This document shows, piece by piece, positions 10,092-19,161 of a DNA stretch of 64,000 nucleotides. The notes under the pieces were generated by a model. That model searched no databases. It was not told the DNA's origin and was given only the letters and a program-made list of their open reading frames with translations. The DNA comes from Armatimonadota bacterium (GTDB lineage Bacteria; Armatimonadota; Fimbriimonadia; Fimbriimonadales; Fimbriimonadaceae), in contig JAGQUX010000004.1 in NCBI GenBank assembly GCA_020438215.1, forward strand, positions 4,636 to 68,635, in the 5' to 3' direction. Made by a program: the position numbers and the translations under genes. How positions within the stretch are numbered: position 1 is the first letter of the stretch; each line of letters begins with the position of its first letter.

Positions 10092-10955
10092 ATGTCAGTT
10101 CTGCTTGCCCTCGCTATCGCTACCCAAACGGTTGATCCCTATCAGCTTGATATTGGTGCGCCGGGCAAAGTCGCCGTCCACAATAATCTGATCTCCTCTA
10201 AAACTGGTCAGGAAGTGACTGTTGATCAGATCGCGGAAGCCGCGGACAGTTTTTCTTATGTTCTTGTGGGTGAGCAACACGCGACACCCGCTCACCACCA
10301 GATGCAAGCCGATTTGATCCGCGCTCTCCACAAGCGCGGTCGCCGCGTTTTGGTTGGGATGGAGATGTTCACCCGCGACAATCAGTCAAACCTTTTCATG
10401 CTTCCTGCTCAGCGGGAGACTGTGGACGAATTTTTCGAAACGTCCGGCTGGAAAACCCAGTGGGGCCATGATTTCGCTGCTTATCGTCCGGTTTTGGAAG
10501 CTGTCCGCGAACTGAAAACCCCGATCATCGCCCTCAATGCTCCCCGAGATTGGGTACGGCGGATCGGTCGAGAAGGAGCGTCCTCACTCAAACCGGAAGA
10601 GCGAGCTTGGGTGCCAGAAATCCGCACGGATAATGAAAATCACCGCAAAGTCTTCGCCGCTCTGATGGGTGGTCACCCGATGAATGGCCCGCAAGGCGAA
10701 AACATCTACGCCGCTCAAGTGACTTGGGACACAGCAATGGCAAAAAGTGCAATTGATGCGAAAAATGCACGCTACGGCGACAAAACCGTAGTTGTCATCC
10801 TTGCAGGAATTGGGCATGTCATGTACGGTCAGGCGATCAACTACCGCATTAAACAGATGTCAGGTGCAGATAGCCTATCTGTCGTCTGCATCCGTGGCGG
10901 AGAAGCTACAGCAGTCTCTCGTGGGCTCGGGAATTACATCTACCAAAGCCCCTAA
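10092..10955 (+). CDS. ChaN/DUF399 family protein
   Basis: VLVGEQH, VGMEMF, YRPVLE, IIALNAPR, QVTWDTAMA, AGIGH. Confidence 0.8.
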   Translation: MSVLLALAIATQTVDPYQLDIGAPGKVAVHNNLISSKTGQEVTVDQIAEAADSFSYVLVGEQHATPAHHQMQADLIRALHKRGRRVLVGMEMFTRDNQSNLFMLPAQRETVDEFFETSGWKTQWGHDFAAYRPVLEAVRELKTPIIALNAPRDWVRRIGREGASSLKPEERAWVPEIRTDNENHRKVFAALMGGHPMNGPQGENIYAAQVTWDTAMAKSAIDAKNARYGDKTVVVILAGIGHVMYGQAINYRIKQMSGADSLSVVCIRGGEATAVSRGLGNYIYQSP

Positions 10956-11061
10956 CCTTGAGAAATCGGTCCCTCTGCCTAAAATGATCGGATAGAGATG
11001 CGTCATAATAGCCGGGCGCATTGCGATTGGCGATGTGCATCTCTATTAAGGAAACAGTACG

Positions 11062-11232
11062 GTGATCTACGTAAAAGTCCAACCAAACGAAACAATTGAC
11101 CAAGCTTTGAAGCGCTTCAACCTGAAGCTTCAGCAAAGTGGCTTGCTCCGCGAACTCAAAGAGCACTCTCACTACGAAAAGCCCAGCGAAAAACGACGAC
11201 GCAAAGCGCGACGCCGTCCCGGTCGCAATTAA
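11062..11232 (+). CDS. rpsU: 30S ribosomal protein bS21
   Basis: GTG start after AAGGA; MIYVKVQPNETIDQALKRF...ELKEHSHYEKPSEKRRRK. Below the ORF-track cutoff. Confidence 0.95.
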   Translation: MIYVKVQPNETIDQALKRFNLKLQQSGLLRELKEHSHYEKPSEKRRRKARRRPGRN

Positions 11233-11292
11233 AGAAATCTCTTTACAATCGGACGTTTTCTTGATATCCTGACTCCGTGACGGAGTCAAATC

Positions 11293-12792
11293 ATGCCAGA
11301 TTTTTCTTTTGACTCCTTGGCTCAGTTACTGAGCGGAGGCCGGGCAAAACTCGGGGAGATCACCACCCGAGGAGCCACACGCATTGTTGGCGCCATTGTT
11401 ATGGCGGCCTTGCTCTTGCTTAACACCCAATGGCCTTTTGATTGGCTCGTTGGCAGTGGGATGGCTGTGCTCAGCATTATTGCGGGTTTGATGCTCCGCG
11501 CCCACCTCAAAACCGTCACAAAAGCTGCCTACGAACGCCGCAAGTTCGAGCGTCTGATCTGGTTCACTGCGCTGCTTTCGGTTCTCGGTGTTCAACTTGC
11601 GAATCTCTCTCTGACCAGTGGAGAGATGAGCCGAGTAAGTTTCCTTTTCCTTGCTCCTCTCGTTGCTCAAGCGATGCTGGTTTCGGCACTGATTTCACCA
11701 AGTATCGGCCTCGTTGCTCTTTCGATGACGGTTCTGCTCGTAGGAACGGCAGGAATTCTTCCGCTAGAAATCGCGATGGCAGGATGGCTCTCAGGAGCTG
11801 TGGCTTGCCATGTTGTTAATCCACTCAAGCAACGCTCCGATCTTTTGCGAGCCGCCGGGCTCCAAACTCTCGCCCAAGCCGTCATCGGCGCAATCTTGAT
11901 CCTTGTCATCGGCACCCAAATCACCTCTCCTTGGGAAGCTGCCGCCTGGTCGGCTGTTGCCGCGATTATTGCAACCAGTATTTTCTGGCTTGGTGTTGCT
12001 GTTCTCGAAAAGCTTTTCGGGATCGTATCCGACTGGTCACTCCTCGAACTCAGTAGCCCAGATCACCCCCTGATCCGCGAACTCGTTCTTCGCGCTCCCG
12101 GAACATACGCGCACTCGGTCGGTGTTGCTAACCTCGCTGAAGAAGCCGCACGTGCAGTCGGAGCTAATCCGCTCCTCGTCCGGACAATGGCGTATTTCCA
12201 CGACATTGGCAAAACCGAGCGACCGAATTTCTTTATCGAAAACCAGTCGGGTGATAATGTTCACGACGAACTCAGCCCGAACCTGAGCGCACAGGTGATC
12301 TCCGCTCACGTTACAGATGGCGTCAAGATGGCCAAAAAACACCGGCTGCCCCAGGTGATTGTTGATGGGATTGAGCAACACCACGGCACCAGCCTCATCA
12401 CTTACTTTTATCACCGCGCAATGGCGCAAATGGACGAAACAGCACCGGAAATCCTGCAAGAAAAATTCCGCTACCCTGGCCCAAAACCACAAAGCCGAGA
12501 AACTGCCATTCTTCACCTTGCTGACATGGTAGAAGCTGCTAGCCGCACGCTCAAAAAGGGGGATGATGTCGAAGAATTCGTCTCCGAACTCATTGAAAAA
12601 AGCCGCGCCGATGGTCAGCTTGATGAGTCCGATCTGACCTTCAAAGATTTGCAAATCATTGGCAATGCTTTCGTCAAATCACTGAAAGCCCTTCGCCACG
12701 ACCGCATTGAATACCCCGCCCAAGCCGCCATCTCCCCGCTCGAGGAACCGCCCTTTGAAATACCGAATCACGATCCTGAATCAACGGTCTAA
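11293..12792 (+). CDS. 7TM-HD phosphohydrolase (PgpH-like c-di-AMP phosphodiesterase family)
   Basis: Multi-TM region then APGTYAHS, YFHDIGK, FFIENQ, HHGT, FRYPGPKPQ, LADMVEAA. Confidence 0.88.
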   Translation: MPDFSFDSLAQLLSGGRAKLGEITTRGATRIVGAIVMAALLLLNTQWPFDWLVGSGMAVLSIIAGLMLRAHLKTVTKAAYERRKFERLIWFTALLSVLGVQLANLSLTSGEMSRVSFLFLAPLVAQAMLVSALISPSIGLVALSMTVLLVGTAGILPLEIAMAGWLSGAVACHVVNPLKQRSDLLRAAGLQTLAQAVIGAILILVIGTQITSPWEAAAWSAVAAIIATSIFWLGVAVLEKLFGIVSDWSLLELSSPDHPLIRELVLRAPGTYAHSVGVANLAEEAARAVGANPLLVRTMAYFHDIGKTERPNFFIENQSGDNVHDELSPNLSAQVISAHVTDGVKMAKKHRLPQVIVDGIEQHHGTSLITYFYHRAMAQMDETAPEILQEKFRYPGPKPQSRETAILHLADMVEAASRTLKKGDDVEEFVSELIEKSRADGQLDESDLTFKDLQIIGNAFVKSLKALRHDRIEYPAQAAISPLEEPPFEIPNHDPESTV

Positions 12793-13231
12793 GCGCATGG
12801 TTCTCCAACCGGTGCGTGATGCGGTGGAAGCGGCTCTTGAACTCGAAGAACCTCCCCCGGGGCAAATCAACATCTTGATCACAGAGTCAGAGGAAATCAA
12901 AAGCCTAAACAGCGAATTCCGTGGACTTGACAAGACTACAGATGTGCTCTCGTTCCCCGCCCCAGAGTTTCCGCCTGGTCAGATTGGGGATGTAGCTGTG
13001 AACTACGATCACGCCGAGATTCAGGCGAAGCGCAGGAAAGTCAGGCCGGTTGATGAACTTGCTATGCTCGCCGTGCATGGAGTTCTGCACTTGCTCGGAT
13101 ATGATGACGAAACGGAATCAGATAGGGCAGGAATGCAGTCTCGAATGAATGAAGTGATGGCAAAGTGCGGGCTCCCGACCGAGGAAAACTGGACATCCCT
13201 GCCGTATCCGAATGAGGAGGCAGTTCGATAA
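12755..13231 (+). CDS. ybeY: rRNA maturation endoribonuclease YbeY
   Basis: TDVLSF, HGVLHLLGYD; TTG start chosen for the GAGGAA RBS 7 nt upstream. Confidence 0.92.
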   Translation: MKYRITILNQRSKRMVLQPVRDAVEAALELEEPPPGQINILITESEEIKSLNSEFRGLDKTTDVLSFPAPEFPPGQIGDVAVNYDHAEIQAKRRKVRPVDELAMLAVHGVLHLLGYDDETESDRAGMQSRMNEVMAKCGLPTEENWTSLPYPNEEAVR

Positions 13232-13944
13232 TGGCGCAACGTCGTCAGATCGCCCAACCATTCCGCGTTGCATTCAACGGAATCGTTCATACCTTCCGCA
13301 CTCAGCGTCACATGCGGATTCACTTGTATGTGACGATTGTCGTGATTCTTGCGGCGTTCTTCTTTGGCCTCAACATCCGCGAAATCCTAGTTTTGCTGTT
13401 TATGATCACATTCGTTTTGGTGGCGGAGATGTTCAACTCCGCAATCGAGGCAACGGTTGATCTCGTCTCGCCGAACTATCACCCGCTCGCGAAATTCGCC
13501 AAAGATATCGCGGCGGGTGCAGTTCTGATCGCCACGATCATGGCGATTATTGTTGGCTCACTCATCGCAGTGGGGGATGACCAGTGGGAGCGAATCCGCA
13601 TCAGTTTGACCACTGAGACTATCGGCTTACCCGTTATCACTAAAATCGTTGCTGGTACGGTCGTGACCCTTTTTGCAGTAATTATTGGGAAAGGACTCGG
13701 TGGCCATGGTCAGCTCTTGCAAGGAGGCAAAGTCAGCGGACATGCTGCTCTTGGGTTCTTTTATGCAATCACTGCACTTTTTATTTCCGGCAATGTGTTG
13801 GTGGGTGGTATAGCGTTACTTCTTGCCGCCATCATCGCACAGAGCCGCTATGAAGCTAAGTTTCACTCGATCTTTGAACTCACGCTCGGCGCTGCCGTCG
13901 GAGTCATTGTGGGAGTGATTTTTTTCGGAGTTCTGCCGAAATAG
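13231..13944 (+). CDS. dgkA: Diacylglycerol/undecaprenol kinase with C-terminal PAP2-like extension
   Basis: AEMFNSAIE, KDIAAGAVL; C-terminal VSGHAAL, SRYEAKFH. Confidence 0.85.
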   Translation: MAQRRQIAQPFRVAFNGIVHTFRTQRHMRIHLYVTIVVILAAFFFGLNIREILVLLFMITFVLVAEMFNSAIEATVDLVSPNYHPLAKFAKDIAAGAVLIATIMAIIVGSLIAVGDDQWERIRISLTTETIGLPVITKIVAGTVVTLFAVIIGKGLGGHGQLLQGGKVSGHAALGFFYAITALFISGNVLVGGIALLLAAIIAQSRYEAKFHSIFELTLGAAVGVIVGVIFFGVLPK

Positions 13945-13965
13945 TAAAATGAAACATCGCACCGT

Positions 13966-15468
13966 ATGAAAAGCGACCCTATTGAACGTAGGCGGCGCTC
14001 AGGCACACGGAGCCGAAATGCGGCCACTTGGTCGCCCGGACTGATGGGACTCACTCTCGCAGTGATCCCGTTCGGGGCTCTATGGACAAGTCTGAGTGCT
14101 GCTATCCGACCCGGCCAAATCGGGGCTGAATTGAGCGTACTGCAGATTGTTGCATTGGCATTTGCCATGCTGGCAATCATTGCCCTGAACGCAGCATTCA
14201 TTGCTGGCGAAGTCGCCATCGATCTTCTTCGTGCATCACACCTCAAGAACGAGGATGAGGATTCACCGAATTCTGCACGCCTCATCAAGTTCCTTGAACG
14301 TAAAGAGCTTTTTGTTGCGGCCTGTGTCCTCGGTGCGCAAACGATGCGGTCTTGGCTGATCCTCCTCTGTTTCTTGCCAGCACCTACGCTGGCAGAATCT
14401 CTCGGCTGGATCAATGCCGACACACCAGTTTCGCAGATGTTCTTGTACATCTTTGGAACTGCCGTGCTCCTCACCCTGCCGGTGATGTTCATCAACGTCA
14501 TTGCGGCGGAATTGGTGGCGAAAAGCTACGCTGTCTCGCGGCCCCACAAGGCGGCGTTGCGGCTCGGCGGCATCCTCAGCTTTTTCGAATTTATTTTCCG
14601 AATTCCTGCGATCATCACCATCCGCGTTGCTGACCTCATCACTCAACGATTCGGTACTGATGCCAGCTTCACCACGGATACAACCAAAGCCGAAGAAGAC
14701 ATCAAAGAAATTCTTGAAACTACGCAGGAATCGGGCGAGCTTGAAGAAGGCGAGCGCGAAATGCTCAGTAGCGTCTTCGAGTTTGGCGACACCGTTGCCC
14801 GTGAGGTCATGACCCCGCGCGTCGATGTCGAAAGCATCCCGAAAGACGCGGATCTGATGAGCGTTGCGTCCCTTGTGGAGGCTACTGGGCACAGCCGATT
14901 CCCAGTTTACGAAGAAACCGACGACCAGATCGTTGGGATTGTCCACGCGAAGGACATCCTCCGCGCACTGGCACGTGGCCAGAAAGACGACAGCTTAGCC
15001 AAGCTCATCCGCCCGCCGATGTTCGTGACAGAAAACAAGAATCTCCACGACCTTCTTGCGGAAATGAAGACCGTCAAAACACAAATGGCGATCATTCAAG
15101 ATGAGTTCGGCGGGACAGCAGGCATTGTCACGATCGAAGACATTGTTGAAGAAATCGTTGGCGAAATCGTGGACGAATACGACACCGATATCATCGAGGT
15201 CGTCAGCGAAGACACTCACCACGTTGTGAACGGCAAAGTCCACCTAGATGACCTGAACGAAGTTATCGGAAGCGGGTTCGAGTCGGAAGAGTTCGACACC
15301 ATTGGGGGCTACGTCTTCGGGCTCTTTGGTCGCCAACCGGAATCCGGTGAGAAGATCGACGATGGAGAATATATGTTCTCCGTCGTGGAAAGCGATGGGC
15401 GACGAATCCTCAGCGTGAAGGTGGAAGAGCTCCCGCCGCAAAACCCCACGCTGGCTCATTCAGACTGA
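13966..15468 (+). CDS. Hemolysin/CorC (CNNM-CBS-CBS-CorC) family protein
   Basis: LNAAFIAGE, VAREVMTPR, GHSRFPVY, DEFGGTAGIVTIEDIVEEIVGEIVDEYD. Confidence 0.92.
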   Translation: MKSDPIERRRRSGTRSRNAATWSPGLMGLTLAVIPFGALWTSLSAAIRPGQIGAELSVLQIVALAFAMLAIIALNAAFIAGEVAIDLLRASHLKNEDEDSPNSARLIKFLERKELFVAACVLGAQTMRSWLILLCFLPAPTLAESLGWINADTPVSQMFLYIFGTAVLLTLPVMFINVIAAELVAKSYAVSRPHKAALRLGGILSFFEFIFRIPAIITIRVADLITQRFGTDASFTTDTTKAEEDIKEILETTQESGELEEGEREMLSSVFEFGDTVAREVMTPRVDVESIPKDADLMSVASLVEATGHSRFPVYEETDDQIVGIVHAKDILRALARGQKDDSLAKLIRPPMFVTENKNLHDLLAEMKTVKTQMAIIQDEFGGTAGIVTIEDIVEEIVGEIVDEYDTDIIEVVSEDTHHVVNGKVHLDDLNEVIGSGFESEEFDTIGGYVFGLFGRQPESGEKIDDGEYMFSVVESDGRRILSVKVEELPPQNPTLAHSD

Positions 15469-15659
15469 CGCTTGAACTCTTTCATTGCAACCGTGCGCCG
15501 CTCAATCAGCGACTCACGGTAGTCATTGAAAATGCAGATCGCCCGAATCCCGTAGATCATCAGAGTTTCGCTGGCTTGTTCATAAGTCAGCGGGTTCAGC
15601 TTGCCATCTTTGCAAGTTTCTTTCTCCGGATCAAAACGATGACAGTCTCGACAGTTCAT
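15456..15659 (-). CDS. Small Cys-rich hypothetical protein (67 aa)
   Basis: MNCRDCHRF...TCKDGK...AICIFNDYRE; convergent overlap with the corC-like stop; no clear RBS. Confidence 0.5.
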   Translation of the reverse strand: MNCRDCHRFDPEKETCKDGKLNPLTYEQASETLMIYGIRAICIFNDYRESLIERRTVAMKEFKRQSE

Positions 15660-15671
15660 ACTGATAGGACG

Positions 15672-16679
15672 ATGATCTTGGGAACGATGCTGGCCACAGC
15701 CGTCATTGGCCAAAACAACGCGAACACCATCACATACGCCAATGGTGTGTTTACCCTGACAAGCTCTCTGGGTGTAGAGCGCGTCAAAGTTGATCCTGGC
15801 CTTGTACCGATGAATATGTCCACCGGGCGACTATGGCTCCCGATTGATAAGGTCGTGGTCACATTCGATCACCAAGGACTTGGAATTCGCCGGAATAATA
15901 AGGCTTCGTATTCGACTTTCAGCCCCATCGCGACCAGCACCGACATCATGTCAAAGGACGCCGCAGATGATGTCAACCGCGCGGTTGCCAACGGCACAAA
16001 AACTCTGGAAGTCAGCTCGATCTCAGGTTGGGAGAAGATTGGTAACGACCTTTATCTGCTCCTTCGCTGGGAAGATTCCAAAGGTGCTACTTGGCTCGAG
16101 GCTCTCACCAAAACGTCGTTCAAAAACGGAAACCCCACGACCACGCTACTCGGGAAATTTGAAGGATTCAGCACCGCCAAAGGCCGCGTGAACGATAAGC
16201 TCAATCTGAACGATAACAAGCTCACCGTGCCAACTCTCCAGGGAAATGAACTTGGCGTTGAAACCTACGATATCGCGAGCGGTCTATTCAGTCGGCTGGG
16301 TGTAGGTGAGGTCAATATTGAAGATGCAAAGATCATCGAAGGATCACGGTACGGCTTCACAATCAAGATGTCGCCCGCGAAAACTTATCTGATCGGACTT
16401 TTTGACACCACTCAGGGTCAACACGAGATGGCGGCGGAAATTCGCGGCAGCCTCGTGAACGTCTACAAGCCTTCGATTCTCTGTTACCTCCGCGGAAACC
16501 AGAAAGTGCTTGTCAATCTCATGACGGGCGCAGAGATCGCGCTACCGCGCGATGTGGAGATTCGCGAAGTCACGCAAGGGCTCCTCATCTGGACACCAGG
16601 CGACAAACCGACCCAAGCCACTCTCTATACTTACGGTGGCTTCCGCACCATTGCGGGATGGAAACAGGTTCCTAAATAG
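15672..16679 (+). CDS. Secreted hypothetical protein, beta-rich
   Basis: AGGAC RBS before ATG 15672, signal-peptide-like MILGTMLATAVIG, long open frame. Confidence 0.7.
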   Translation: MILGTMLATAVIGQNNANTITYANGVFTLTSSLGVERVKVDPGLVPMNMSTGRLWLPIDKVVVTFDHQGLGIRRNNKASYSTFSPIATSTDIMSKDAADDVNRAVANGTKTLEVSSISGWEKIGNDLYLLLRWEDSKGATWLEALTKTSFKNGNPTTTLLGKFEGFSTAKGRVNDKLNLNDNKLTVPTLQGNELGVETYDIASGLFSRLGVGEVNIEDAKIIEGSRYGFTIKMSPAKTYLIGLFDTTQGQHEMAAEIRGSLVNVYKPSILCYLRGNQKVLVNLMTGAEIALPRDVEIREVTQGLLIWTPGDKPTQATLYTYGGFRTIAGWKQVPK

Positions 16680-17646
16680 TCACGAATTCGCCGCCCTGAG
16701 CCACCGATTCGTAGGCAGCAATCGCCACTTTCGAGGCCCAGAGTCCGTCTTCCAGGGTCACCGATGGCTGGCGGTTTTCTTCAATCGCACTCAAGAATTC
16801 GGCAACCATGAGCTGATCGAAGTTTGCCCCCACGCCTCGTTGCGAGAATCCTGCCTCAGTCAGAACTTCAATCCCAGGGATAAAGAGATCGGCTTCGCTC
16901 AATCCCTTTTCACCCAAGACCTTGAGTGTTACATTGCCCCAGGTTTTGTCGTTTTTCGGGCGTGACCAGCTGGAATCCACCGTCGCCAGCGTCCAGTTTT
17001 CAAAACGAATGGTGACCATTGCGGAATCCTCCCACGATTCTCCGTACATCTTGTTACCGACCTGCGCCTGAACCTGCTCTGGCTCACAGCAGAGGAGTCG
17101 CCGCATCAAATCCACGACATGAACGGTGTGATCAATCATTGCTCCGCCGCCGCTCAGCGAAGGATCGACAAACCACCCGAACGGACACTTGCCTTGGTTG
17201 GTGCCATTGATCGCCAGAATCCGTCCAAGATCTTCGTTGCGCACTTTCTGGTTCAACGATTGGAATGTCGGAGAAAACGGGCACGGAAACGCCGTCATTT
17301 TCACGCGATCCAAATCTTCAGTTGCGGCAGAAATGCGATCCAAATGCTCTCGGTTGGGGGCGATTGGCTTTTCGCAGAGGATGTGAAGATTGTGCTTCGC
17401 CGCCCATTCAATGTGATCGGCGTGCTTCATGTTTTCGCTGCAAATCACCGCCGCTTCGATCTTGCCGAACAAAGCGTCCGCCTCATCAAAAAACAGAATC
17501 CCGTGCTTTTCGGCAAACGCGCGACCACGCTCAGCATCGTCATCCCAAATCCCCACGATATTGGCCCGGTCATCCGCCTTGAGTGCGGCAGTGAATCCAT
17601 GGGCGTGCATGTGGGCAGAGCTAATGATCCCGATAGGCGTCGACAT
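16672..17646 (-). CDS. Gfo/Idh/MocA family oxidoreductase
   Basis: ILCEKPIA, SGGGAMIDHTVHVVD. Confidence 0.92.
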   Translation of the reverse strand: MSTPIGIISSAHMHAHGFTAALKADDRANIVGIWDDDAERGRAFAEKHGILFFDEADALFGKIEAAVICSENMKHADHIEWAAKHNLHILCEKPIAPNREHLDRISAATEDLDRVKMTAFPCPFSPTFQSLNQKVRNEDLGRILAINGTNQGKCPFGWFVDPSLSGGGAMIDHTVHVVDLMRRLLCCEPEQVQAQVGNKMYGESWEDSAMVTIRFENWTLATVDSSWSRPKNDKTWGNVTLKVLGEKGLSEADLFIPGIEVLTEAGFSQRGVGANFDQLMVAEFLSAIEENRQPSVTLEDGLWASKVAIAAYESVAQGGEFVTI

Positions 17647-17666
17647 GATGCCCCGAAGTCTATCCC

Positions 17667-18089
17667 CTAATCCAACGCAGGTGGAGTGACAGTGACCACT
17701 CGGCCTGGTTCTTCAAAGGCGATTTCTACTCGCCAAGCATGAGAGGTGACGCGCTCATCCAATCGGTCGGGCCATTCGATGAGGCACAGATGGTCGTGCC
17801 AATACTCTTCCAATCCTGTATCGTCTGCCGATTCCAAACGGTACAAATCAGCATGAAGAACCGGTGGCTCAGTTTCGTAAGTTTGCAATATCGTAAAGGT
17901 GGGAGAGCGGACAGCTTTTGTCCAGCCAAGCTCGGCCAAGATTCCCCGCACGAGGGTCGTTTTTCCTGCTCCCAGTTCTCCGGAAAGCAAAATGCAATCT
18001 CCTGCTTTCCAAAGATCTGCCAGTTCTCGACCCAATTGAATCATTGCGGCTTCATCTGCAACGGCAAATGTTCGCTTCTCAGTCATCAA
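17667..18089 (-). CDS. tsaE: t6A37 biosynthesis ATPase TsaE
   Basis: GELGAGKTT, SPTFTI, HADLYRL, LIEWPD. Confidence 0.95.
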   Translation of the reverse strand: MMTEKRTFAVADEAAMIQLGRELADLWKAGDCILLSGELGAGKTTLVRGILAELGWTKAVRSPTFTILQTYETEPPVLHADLYRLESADDTGLEEYWHDHLCLIEWPDRLDERVTSHAWRVEIAFEEPGRVVTVTPPALD

Positions 18090-19071
18090 AGCACGCCTTT
18101 TCCCAGGTTTCTAACTGACATTTGATCTCATTCCAGGAGGTTTTGAGGCGAGTGAAGGTGCTTCGTAATTCTTGGTCATTACTCACAGCAACAAAATTAT
18201 CGAGCTTTGGTTCATTGATGAGGCGTAGATAAAACTCCTTGTGCTTCTGCACCATCAAAGGCTTTTCGTAATCATCTTCTCCAAAGATGTGATGCAAGCA
18301 CGCAACGCTGATCCGTCCTTGCTCCGACCAGCTCAGCCACTTCTTCGGTTGACCCTCAAAGCAATCTTCAAAGATCACTTCATCAGCACCCCGCAGAAAC
18401 TGTCCGGTCCGAATCTGCATGGTTTCGGGGCGACAACCGTTCTCGGCGTTATCAAGTGCCGCTTTCATCATATTGAATGCGTTCTCAACCAGCTTGAGCA
18501 GATTCACCGTCGCGCTGGCATTGCCGTTCTTCACTGCCTCGAGGAGTTCAGGCAAACTGGAGACGATCAGGCCCGCCCATCGCTCGAATTCGAGATGTGT
18601 CGAGTAGAACCACTCTTCATCCAGCCCGCCGTAGAAATTCTGAATTGCAGCCAGATTCCCGCCCTGAATCCCCGAGTTCATGAAGAGCCTGTGCCAATTA
18701 CAATAGATCGCCGTATCGAAGCCAAATCCGACCTCAAAGCCGAGTTTTTCAGCCACTTCGATCAGAGGCAGAGAAAGGCTCTGCGGAACAATCAGATTGG
18801 GCTCATCTCCTTCCCATATCCAAACTGCAGTGAGCCCTGCAAGGCACACGAACGCTCTCTGCCACTCTCGGTCGCCCCGCAGATCATTTATCGGGAAATT
18901 GGGAGCAAAGCTAATCATTTTGCGGACATTGCCGCTCAGGAGTAGCTTGGGAAGGGCAAGTGCCAACCCCTCGTAATTATCAAATGCGCCCGGCAGGTGA
19001 ATGAGCGGATCTTCAGCAGGGAGAAACCCACGCTCCAAATCAATCCCATAGTCCGATAGCCGCACATCCAT
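18079..19071 (-). CDS. Indoleamine 2,3-dioxygenase-fold protein, degenerate
   Basis: SDYGIDLERGFLP, NW, NFYGGLDEEWF and MVQKHKEF align with the IDO family; the proximal His is not seen. Confidence 0.72.
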   Translation of the reverse strand: MDVRLSDYGIDLERGFLPAEDPLIHLPGAFDNYEGLALALPKLLLSGNVRKMISFAPNFPINDLRGDREWQRAFVCLAGLTAVWIWEGDEPNLIVPQSLSLPLIEVAEKLGFEVGFGFDTAIYCNWHRLFMNSGIQGGNLAAIQNFYGGLDEEWFYSTHLEFERWAGLIVSSLPELLEAVKNGNASATVNLLKLVENAFNMMKAALDNAENGCRPETMQIRTGQFLRGADEVIFEDCFEGQPKKWLSWSEQGRISVACLHHIFGEDDYEKPLMVQKHKEFYLRLINEPKLDNFVAVSNDQELRSTFTRLKTSWNEIKCQLETWEKACFDD

Positions 19072-19091
19072 GCCCTCATTTTGGCTCACGC

Positions 19092-19130
19092 AAAAAAAGA
19101 TCACCCAGGCGGATGCCCGGGTGGTCTTTT
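19092..19130 (-). terminator. Intrinsic terminator after flagellin
   Basis: Minus strand AAAAGACCACCCGGG-catccg-CCTGGGTGATC followed by a T7 tract. Confidence 0.85.
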
Positions 19131-19161
19131 CGCTGTTTGATATAAAAAGCGTGTCACATCA

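Noticed and set aside
15642-15659. CRDCH as a c-type heme site
   Set aside because: It is at the extreme N-terminus with no signal peptide, so periplasmic heme attachment is unlikely.
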